NCBI GenBank assembly: GCA_013239625.1
Contig: MU054662.1
Coordinates: forward strand, 13,133,798 to 13,197,797
DNA from: Lama guanicoe
Taxonomy: Eukaryota
Length of the DNA stretch: 64,000 nt
Direction of reading: 5' to 3'
Each line of letters starts with the position of its first letter. Positions within the stretch are counted from its first letter, which is position 1. A program made the translations under genes and the position numbers. This document shows, in pieces, positions 1 through 9,466 of the stretch. The notes under the pieces were generated by a model. That model was not told the DNA's origin and did no database searches. It was given only the letters and a program-made list of their open reading frames with translations.

Positions 1-1795
1 TGTGGACGTGGACTGGAGCAAATCAAGGAAGGCTGCCTGGAAGAGGTGACTAGGGGCCAGAACAGAACCTGGAACAGGGGTGGGAGTGAGCTGGGCGAGG
101 AGCATCTCAGCAGGTGTGAGGATGGGAAGGAGCGACGAGAGGCTGGAGGGTGCCTGTGCATGTGCGTGTGTGCACACACACATGTGGTACACACCTGCGG
201 CTGTTGCAGGGAGTGGGGGCAGGGAGACCCCGGGGCACGCGTGGTGGGAAGAGAGGCTAAGCAGGCTGGCAGCACGTGGGCTATGAAATGTGGTGTGTGC
301 TACTGAGCAGCTGGGGAGTTGTGTGAAGGCTGAAGGAATCAGACAGGTTAACAGTCTGGTCAGCTTGGAGTCACAGACACATCAGCCTGGAGTCGGTGTA
401 AGGAGTAAACCCAGGGGTCCAGGCTGCAGGTGGCAGAGAGCCAGTGCGTGTCCCCTTCCAGGGGACATGGGGAGACCCCACCCACAGCCTTCCCCTGGGA
501 CCACCCCATCTCCTCCTCCAGAGCAGCTGTGTCCAGATGGGGGGCCAGGACAGGCTAAGAGAGGGTGGGCCGGGGAGGGGAGGGCGTGGGGGCGAGGCCC
601 GCTGGACGGGGTCTCCAGAGGGAGTGACTGCCCCACGGGCGGGCCTGGGACAGGAGGATGGCAGCTTGTCCAGGCACATCACACAAGGGTGCCCCTTTCC
701 TTTCTTCTCTGGGGAGAGTTCTCTGACACAAGGGTCAGGCCCCCTCCCTGCAGGCTCTCTGGGGGCGTCCCAGCATGAAGGGCCTACAAGGGCACAGCCC
801 TGAGCAGAAACACACGTCCGAAGGAGCACCTGCTGCGCCACGGCCACTGCCAGGCGCCCCGTGTCGGCCAGCCCCCAGCCACCCCTCCGCCAGGCGCTGC
901 AGGCTCCCTGGCCGGCAAACATGGTTTCTGATCTTTCTTACCTGGTAACCAAGCCGGGCCCTCGCTGGGCTGTCTGCCTGGCGTGTGGTGGCCTCCGTCC
1001 TCCTCCGCAGGGACTCTGCAGGCCGCGCAGCCCTGGGAGGGGGGAGGGCGGGAGAAACAGGAAAGCACCCCTCCTCCTTCCACGGGGCGGGCAGTGGGTT
1101 TCAGAGCTGTGCGAGCCCGCATTCTGGAGAGACAAAGGTGAAAGAGGACAGGGGCCCTGTGAGAACGGACACGTGTGGGTCCGGACGCCGCGAGCCAGGC
1201 GCGCAGGACACGCGCAGGATCGCGGAGCTGTGTGCGCGTGGGCAGCGGGTACAGCCACTGACCCTGCCCATCAGCACGGAACTGGCCGCTCCCCGGGACT
1301 CAGGACAACCTCCGCGCCTCAGGGTCAGCGCCGGGCACGGGCAGGGTCTGGCAGGGAGGATCAGGATGCGGAGTGGCCCAGAGGCAAAGGGCTTCCTCAC
1401 AGGAGAGAAACAGGGAGCCCCTCCCTCTAGGAGCCCGCAGGGCGGCTTCTCTCCTGGGATTCCAGGGAATGCTGTGTAGACGGCAGTGAGTGAGCGGAAG
1501 GCCTGGAGTTTCTGCTGGTGGTTTATGTAGAAACGACTAGGTAGCTTTAGAGGATGCAGTCGGAGGTCAGCGATACGCACCTCTGACGCTGAGCCGTAAG
1601 TCGCCCGGAGCCTCTGGGAGCGCTCCTTTGTCCCCTGCGCCCGACGCGGGCCGGGGGAAGGGCGGCATTCCACTGCCCTTGCCTTCGGCTCCGTGTCGCC
1701 CAGTCCCCCTTCCTGCAGGAGGGCAGAGCGGTGTCCCAGTGCTTCTCATCGCGAGAACTTGCACCGCCAAGATGCTCGGGTCTTGGGGATAGAGC

Positions 1796-2477
1796 TGTTG
1801 GGGAGGAAGGAAGTTTCCACCCCCCTTCTAGGTCCTTCTGGCTGCTCTAAGAGTTAAACTGACATGAGACAGATGAACAGGGAAAGTAAAACGAAAGTTG
1901 AGTAACATAAATACGTGGAAGAGACTCAGGGGAACTGATTCACTCACCAAAATGGCCCCACCCTCACCTTATTTACTTTTCCTTTTATTTTTTCAATCAA
2001 AATACAGTCGGTTTACAATGTTGTGTCAGTTTCTGGTGCGCAGCATCCTGTTTCAGTCACACGTATCTGTACGTACTTTCCTTCTTCATGTTCTTTTTCA
2101 TTAACACCATCTTCAGCTAAAGACAAAAGACTTTGGGGGCAGGGCTTTGGAACTTCAAAGGGGAGGAGGGCGAGCCACCTGGAGACGGAAAAGCAAACGT
2201 GTGGAAACGAGCAGTGCCGGGCCAAGCAGAGAGATGGGGCCCAGGGAGGTGTCTTAACAGCAACCCTGCAGGTTCCTCCCCGTCTGCGCTCCTGGTTCAC
2301 ACTGCTCATCTCTGGGACGCCCCCTCCCGGAGCAGCACCCGCGCACAGCCTCTACGTTCTGCAGGTGGCTGGGGGAGGGGGAAGTTTCTCCCTGAGTCTT
2401 TTGGGCCGTGATTGTTTCAGCTCAGAATACTCTGCATGCCAAAGAGGGGTTTTGGGGGGCAAATGCTGCTTCCCCCA
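1796..2477 (-). mobile_element. ERV1-class solo LTR (MER41/LTR39-like), antisense in NTM intron, interrupted by an L1 fragment
   Basis: TG...CA termini (tgttggggagg at 1796; ...gcttccccca at 2477). Recalled ERV1-LTR motifs: ttaaactgacatgagacagat, accatcttcagctaaagacaaa, cagctcagaatactctgcatgccaaagagggg. No clear TSD. Confidence 0.65.
1972..2103 (-). mobile_element. Short 5'-truncated L1 3' end (artiodactyl/camelid type) nested in the LTR
   Basis: T-rich tail then tacagtcggtttacaatgttgtgtcagtttctggtgcgcagcat...tttcagtcacacgtat, the reverse complement of a cetartiodactyl L1 3'UTR end. Confidence 0.75.
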
Positions 2478-3794
2478 CTTGGAACCAGGTGCCAGAGACA
2501 CAGAGGTTGGGTGACCTGCTGCATTTCAAACTTGTGACTGTCCGTTTAGCCACCGCCCCAGGATCAGACTTGTCCCCAAGGTCCAAGAAGCAGCTCATGC
2601 GGGCAGTGCTCACAGCCCGGGTGCTCTAGGACTTGCGGGGTGAGGCCACGTGGGCTCACGAAGCTGGCTCGGTGCTGACCTGCCTCAGCCGGAGGTGCCT
2701 CCGTGCCCGGCGTCCAGGTCAGGCGAGCAGGCCTGGCTTCGTTCCTTCAACTCGGTGAGGACATGTGCTTAGGGAGGACGCCAGCTTTAGACACCTCTGT
2801 TAGATTCAAGGCCACAGAGCCCGCCAGAGCGAGTCCAGTCCAGGAAGGCGCTCTGCTGCATTAGGTACCTGATCCATCTAGGCATCGACACGTGCGTGTG
2901 CTGTGCATGAATCAGCTCCGTTCGTTACGGGCGTTCGTGGCCACGGGGCTGAGGGAGCCAGGAAGCTTATGCTTCACATGATGAGGAAGTTGCTGGGGGA
3001 TTTGATGCCCTCAGAGTTTTCTTGCCTCCTGAACTTGGCTCCGTCTCAAGGCCGGCCATGTGCCTCTTCGGGAACTGTGCGGTCCACCTCCCACCCACAG
3101 ACGTCACCTCAGGCAGGCCCTGCGTCCCGCTGTCCACACATCCCCGCTTCCTTCCATGCACACTGCCAAAGGCCTCCTGTTTCTTTGCCTGGTCCTATCC
3201 TGTGCGGGCTGCTTGTGGCCTTTCAGGCAGGTGGTACTTGAGCCAGGTCTTCCACTGCCTCGTCCAGATGCGAGAGAGGCCCAGTGCTGCAGGCCGGAGC
3301 CCGGGCGCTGCCTTCAGACCAGTGACTGACAGGACAGATGCCAGGCAGGTGCGGCCGTGGGCGTGTCCAGCAGGGGCCCTCCTGCAGGACACGGGGAGCA
3401 CAGGTAGGGCGGCTGGAGGGGCACACGGATGCATAAGGCAGGCGGAGCTCAGAGGGGCTGGACGTTGATGCAGACGATGCCAGGGTCTAGCTCGCTGGAG
3501 TTCTGTGCAGGGTATTAATTAATCTGCCGTCTTCTTGAACTTGACCCTGGGCCGTGGCCTTGCAAGTTCTGACAGTAACGGGGTAGCGATCACCTGCACA
3601 CGGTGGTGATCTGAGCCTCAGCTCCCCTCCCCGCCCAGGCCGGCTCCCCTCTCCTCAGCTGCGCCCACGGGACCGAGGCTGTGGAGGGCTCCTGCCAGCA
3701 CGGCCTGGCGTGCCGTGCGGAGCCGGACCGCGGACCGCGCCCAGTCGGGCGCCTCTGCAGCCGGCGGGCTCCTGACAGCGTGCTCTCTCCGCAG

Positions 3795-3901
3795 GCCCCG
3801 GCGCCGTCAGCGAGGTGAGCAACGGGACGCCCCGGAGGGCAGGCTGCGCGCGGCTGCTCCCGCTCCTCGTCTTGCGCCTCCTCCTCCTCCTCGAGTTTTG
3901 A
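3795..3901 (+). CDS. NTM: Neurotrimin (IgLON family), terminal coding exon encoding the GPI-anchor signal; partial CDS, upstream exons outside the window
   Basis: Acceptor tgctctctccgcAG (AG 3793-3794) with branch-like ctgac at 3772-3776. Phase-1 translation gives (G)[37 protein letters not shown] at 3899-3901. This matches the recalled human NTM C-terminus [33 protein letters not shown], and the following sequence resembles the recalled NTM 3'UTR. Confidence 0.96.
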
Positions 3902-4417
3902 TGTGAGTGCCACCTCCCCTGCCGGGGACGAGCCGCTGCCGCTGCGACCACAGCGCATCCGCAACGGCAAGACAGCGACCCGAGCACCCCTGTCCCAAGT
4001 CAGACGTAACCCCACGAAACTCAGAGAAGCAGAGCCTGACGGGACGCAGTTTCCGGGGGGGCAGAGTACTCTGGGGAAGCAAGGTGAACAAGGAAATTGG
4101 AAGCCGCCTTACAGAGATGTAGGTACAACTGAGTTTTCTTTCTTTCTTTCTTTCTTTTTTTTCCAAACGGGAAGAAGGCACGCGGGCTGTGGACCCACCT
4201 GCACGCTGCATCGTGTGGCCTCTGTGACCAGGCGGGCAGGGCTCAGCCGCTCTGCCCACCGCGGTGCCCCCCACCAAGGAAACTTCTGGAGTCGGCCACC
4301 CCACGTTCCGTCAATAGAGACAAACGCAGTGAGACGTGCGGGCCCAGGGGTGCCGCAGTGGCCCGGCTCCCAGACTGTGTCACTATTGTGTGTGTGATGA
4401 AATGCAGAATCAAAAAA

Positions 4418-4431
4418 AATAAATAAATAAA
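4418..4431 (+). terminator. NTM: Proximal poly(A) signal cluster of NTM (three overlapping AATAAA)
   Basis: aataaataaataaa: AATAAA at 4418, 4422 and 4426. Confidence 0.6.
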
Positions 4432-5552
4432 AAGGAAACGAAACAAGACAGCCTGAGGGCTACAGCAGCCCCGCAACCGAGAGTCACAAAAGATGTCGTT
4501 AAGCTTTGGTTTGTTTTCCATTCGACTACATGGACATCATGGATAATAAGGGATTCTGAGTCATTATTAATCTCATTAATTATATTTTCTGATACGCGTC
4601 TAAAACTTAGTGCAAAAACAAGACACAACTAAAAGGATACACAAATGAAAGGAGCGAAGAGAAGTATGTTTGTTAAACATTAAACATGAATAGTGTGTTG
4701 TTACCTAGGTTTACACTCGGTGGACCACACGCCAGGCATCAACCCCCTGGTGAGGATTTGGCAAATCCACCAAAAAAAAAAAAATGCAATTTAACCAACA
4801 CCTCCACCAGCGCTACGGATTTCTCCTTCTCCTGGCATTTAACGCAGACAATACTACGCTTCTCCGTGCTGTTTAGAAACAGAAGGGCGACCTGCACTGT
4901 ATCCTGAGTTTGCGGTGATGCTTCCTTTAATGGCCTATATTATACAGTATATATACACATATATTTTTTTCGTTAGAGTTCTAGCCGTTTAATTTCTCAG
5001 CAGGGTCCTTTCTCAGACATTATTCTGCATGCTGTAAATGGCGTTAGCTGTGTGTTGACCTTCTAAAAGATGATAGAGTTTACTGGTGATTGTGTAATCA
5101 GCTCCTGCCTTTTTCTTTTTTGGGTTATTGACACGTCAGAGACATTTATAAAATGTGAAAAGAGATACAGAGCCCTAACACCGCGCGTAGCATCTTTTCC
5201 AGGTGTGCTCTCGGAGGCGAGGGCCGACACAGGAGCCCCACGCCTCCCAGCGCCTCGGGACGAGCAGCAGGCAGCTGCCCCGACCCAGCAGTCAGTCACC
5301 ACTCGCTCCAGCCCGGACCAGGGATCGCGGGTGCCTTTGTGGTCGCTGGAGAGTTGAGCCCTCCCGGTTTATTTTATTTAATTCCCCACCTTTGTGTGCG
5401 TGTGTGTGGAAGAGAAGAGAATGCAGTTTTTAGGGAAGCTTTTATTCCTCCCCTGAAGTCTGGGAGCCAGAGGGGCCTCGAGGGGGTCCTGGATGCGTCG
5501 AGGGGAAGTGGGATTGGGGGTTAGGGGAGGGAGCGGTTGTCTCTGACTTGAC

Positions 5553-5558
5553 ATTAAA
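5553..5558 (+). terminator. NTM: Distal poly(A) signal of NTM (ATTAAA)
   Basis: ATTAAA variant hexamer followed by GT-rich sequence; gives a ~1.7 kb UTR similar to the recalled human length. Confidence 0.7.
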
Positions 5559-8500
5559 AAGTGTTCCATGTCCCTCTGCACCTGGTGTGGTACCTCATTC
5601 TCAAGCGGGGGGTGAGGGGAGAGGAGCCTGCGCGGCTCCAGCGTGAAGAACACGGAGGGGTCTGGCTCCGGATTCAGGCTACTGCTCTGTGGACCCCTCG
5701 AGGGTGGAGTGGGCTCTGAGCACAGGCAGGGGTTCAGGAAACCACCTTCTGCTCCAACAGAAGCACGGAAGGCGGGTCTCGTGGTGTCTGCACCTCCAGG
5801 GCCACCAGAAGTTCCCGGCGAGGCTGACAGCACCTGGCTGCGTTCAGATGCCTCCCCTGGTCACCAGGGCGGAATGCAAGTCCCACTAGGGAAAGGCTGT
5901 CACGTGTGAGCAGCTCTGGGAGGCAGCCACCCTCCCGGTAGCACAGCGATCACCAGAAAAACCCCTCAGAACCTTGCGGTTTGCTACTGAGCAATCCCAA
6001 ATCACATCACCCGGTATTTTGGGGACTGCCTTCCGTCCAAGCCTGCCTCCCAAACCTTGTCTCCAGCCACAAATTAAGAGAAAAGGTAGGTCTTAATATG
6101 TAATGGTTTTCAAATAATTCTAGCCTGTTCTGATTGATTGTGGGGATTAAATAAGTAGCTGAAAATTCACTGAGAGTCGGAAAGGAGGTCAGAGCCGGAA
6201 CACTTGGGAATTATTGCACTTGTGCCCTTGGGGGCCCAGTTCCCCCCAAGAGGAGGGGGAACGCTTGAGAAGGGCAGTGTCATTTCCAGCGGCTGCCGGC
6301 AGAACTGAGAAGTGACTGTCGACTTCAGGTTTCTTCGTGTCCCCCGACATCCCACCCCCACCACCAGGCGCCAGAGACTCCGCTTCCTCCTGGCGTCGTG
6401 GTCCCGAGGGGCTGACCCCGCCCCGCACACCGGGGCTGCGCCGTGGCCACCCCTCCCTGAGGCCTCTGGGCTGCTGAAGGCGGGGCTGCGGGCCTCCGGG
6501 GAGTGGAAGGGGGTGGGTGAGATTTACCAGCTCCCCTGTGACCGGAACGTCTACAGACTCGGACCAGAGGGTTTCAGTGCGGATCCCGCTTGCTGGAGTA
6601 GAGTAGGGAAGACATAGGTCATTTCCGTACGTCTCCTAAGCTCGCGCCCAGAACACCTCTGAATAAAAGGTACCAAGGCGTCTGCAGACAGAGGCTTCCT
6701 AGACGTGGCCGGGACTGGAGCACACAGCGGCCCGTGACCCCGCTGGGTTCAGAGATTTCTCGTCCGTGTCTACGAAGTGTACCTTCCATCACCCCATCAC
6801 CATCCCTCCCGGAGTGACTGTTCTGTCACCACCGGCTTTGTAAAGGGACTTCACTTTACCTGCTCGCCGATCTGACAGCCCTTCCCACCTGGCGGCTCTC
6901 CGTCACTCTGGTCCTCTGAGAGCACATGTCTCAGAACCAGCTTCGCCGCGACGGCTGCCTCCAGCAGGCAGGGCCACTCCCTCTCCGGCTTCACGAGCGT
7001 GCCCTCCCATCTTCTGCCCAGTGCGCCACCCACGCCCCGATCTGCTGAATTTCAGGTTTTGACGGACGCCCATGAGGAAGGGCCTCCAGCCAGACTTAGA
7101 GCTCAACGCTGGCGGACACGGCTTTGATAAGCCCCATGAGGGTGATTCCCGGCCTCTCTCTCCCCGGGAAACAGGAGCTCAGTCAGGCGGCGCTCATTAG
7201 CGCGAGAGCAGAAAGCATCCTGACCGGTGTGTGGGCTGTTCTTCCAGGCACAGGTGCTGATGGAAGGCCGTTACCGCGAGCGGGCCTGCACTCCCCACGT
7301 TCTGGACCCCTGGGACTCAAGCCACCGGCACATGTTGGGATTCAACCACTCTCTCTCACCGGAGGCTGTCCTTTGGGGAAACCAGGATGTAGGTTTTGCA
7401 GATTTTACCCCATAGGGATGTGGGGGGGGGCGGTGGTGCTCGGGGTGGGTGTTCCAGCACTAAGCCTGCTAACCAAACACGCCCGCAGAATCACATTCAT
7501 CTTCTTTCAAGTTGCCACTCCCTCCCAGCCCCACAGGGCGCCTCCCCCACGCCCGGCCCTTAAACGCTTCCCCGCAGCGGGCTCCGAGGTCCACCGTGAG
7601 GCGTCGCAGCCCTGCCTTCTGCCGAGCAGGGCTTGCAAAACTGGAGCCGCACTGCTGCTGGTGATTCTCAGATGCTCCTTGCTGTCACTGTGGGTGGTGA
7701 TGATGGCGGTGGCGATGAATGGCAGCCTCTGTCCTCCGCGCTGGAGATCAGTCAGCAAGTGAGTTAACACCAGGATCTGACGGAGGCGCTGCGCGTGCCA
7801 TCGGCTTGACCCCATCCCTGTCTTAGCCCTCGGAACCCTGAGTTTAGAAGGGAAGACGGTCTCCCTGATCAGTCACAGGAATGTCCCTTTAATGTGTGGT
7901 TTTTTTTGATTAAAAGTGTGTAATCTGGGAACAGCAATTCATCCACAATTAAAAATAAATTCTCATGATGGTAAAAATTTGAAGTATTTCTCATTAAAGG
8001 AGAAAGAGCTGCGTAGAAGGGGAGATGTGGCCGTCCAGCCCTGGGAGCCTGGCCGCTGCCCGGCTGCTGCTGGCCGAGCGTACACGCACATGACAGTCGT
8101 TTACCCGTCACCAGAAGAACAGCTGAGAACCGAGGCTGTCTGTATCCATGCGCGGCACTAGCTAACACCTTTCAAGCATTTTTCAAAATGTTTGTTTCAG
8201 AGCAGATCCCAGCACTAATTCGGTTCAGAGCTTGCTCCCTGGAGCTTGAGTGGGCAGGGGTGTCTCTTTTGCCACGCCTGTAGCTATCAGTTCTCACCCT
8301 CTCTGCTCTTAATCCAGGCAGGATTTCCGTGAGCATCCAGCGCTGTCTGCCTCCGAGACAGTCCGTGCACGTGGACAGCCCCGTGGCTGTGAGCCACGGA
8401 GACCTCCGGTCTCTGCATCTTCACAACTTCACGCTCACGTTCCCGCTCCCACAGCCCTGCCCGCCCCCCATGTACCCTTACGTGATGGGAACAGCAGGCT

Positions 8501-9415
8501 TTCCACGGACAACGCCCTAATCCCAGAGCTCAAGTTGAGGTTACTTCTTACAGTGACTGTGGGACGCATCTTGATGCAGGATCTCGTCTGGAGGCTTGGT
8601 TTGGTTTTAGTGGTTTGAATGTTGGTTTTACCCCAACGCAAGCCTCCAGGTAACTCAGATATATGCTTCTGACATATTACAAAAGCCTGAGTTCATTTCC
8701 ATACCTTACGGATCATTAGCGTTATTTGAAATTGAATTGCTCCTCCCTCAGAGTCTCTATTTGATTAGAACTTGCGAGAAATACAAGTTGGCTATGGCTG
8801 TAGCGTTTCCCTGTCTCCCGGTGAATCTGTGTTTTGGAATTCCTGAGTATTTGCTAAGGAACAGAATTGCTCATCAGTAGAACAGGTTTTAGTTCTGATC
8901 CCATGACTAACTAGCTGGGTTCCTTGTCCTTATCTTTTGTGTAAGATGTTGTGATGGAAGATTGCTAATTTTTTTCTATCTTTAAAATTAAATAATCAAG
9001 TAATTTCAGATGTTATAAGAATTCTGCCAGAAAAAATTGGAAAGCTGCGTTATTGATAAATGACAGTCGACGGTGTGAATTTGGGTAGGTTCCACAGCCA
9101 GCGCCTCATCTTCGTGTCCGGAAAGGCTCAGAGGAAGGGAGCGCACAGCCTCGCGCTGCCGCTTCTGCAGGTCTCTGAAGCGGCTCCTTGAGGAGAACTT
9201 GAGGGCCAGACCCTGCGGCCCTCGGAAGGGACTGTTGTCTAAGAAAAGACGGCGGCTTTTTCTGGAACAAGAAGTGATACTAGCCCTGAGCTGCTGCTCA
9301 GTTTTGATCTCTGTGTGACACACGCCGAACAAGGGAGAGTGGACTGTCGTGCATCTCAAAGTCTGGGGACGGAATCCATGTCGGGACTCGGCACCATCCT
9401 CCGTCCCCAGTAACA

Positions 9416-9466
9416 GTGTGTGTGTGTGTGTGTGTGCGCGCGCGCGAGTGTGCACGCACGTGTGTG
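9416..9466. repeat. (GT)n(CG)5 compound microsatellite
   Basis: GT repeat 9416-9436 followed directly by cgcgcgcgcg 9437-9446 and further alternating purine-pyrimidine sequence. Confidence 0.95.

Larger units (their letters stand above)
1..3794 (+). other. NTM: 3' part of the last intron of NTM
   Basis: Lies upstream of the terminal-exon acceptor; no Ig-domain exon recognised here. Confidence 0.8.
3902..5575 (+). other. NTM: NTM 3'UTR (long form; end approximate)
   Basis: Follows the NTM stop. AT/U-rich blocks at 4400-5170. Ends about 15-20 nt after ATTAAA at 5553-5558 (ctctgacttgacATTAAAaagtgttccatgtcc), followed by GT-rich sequence. Confidence 0.8.

Noticed and set aside
1-3794. Searched for the recalled NTM alternative micro-exon (EVKTTALTPWK) and Ig-domain exons
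   Set aside because: Not found by eye; probably upstream of the window.
3590-4397. Several ORFs of 60-165 aa overlapping the NTM exon on both strands
   Set aside because: Shadow frames of the GC-rich exon and UTR; the real frame is entered by splicing.
8588-8649. 11-bp inverted repeat ctggaggcttg/caagcctccag with 40-nt spacer (pre-miRNA-like)
   Set aside because: About one such stem is expected by chance in 64 kb, and pairing does not extend into a miRNA-length stem.
9171-9320. Possible alternative NTM terminal exon after cttctgcAG (would read VSEAAP* in phase 0)
   Set aside because: Weak pyrimidine tract, beyond the distal poly(A) signal, no homology support; the VSE echo is probably coincidence.
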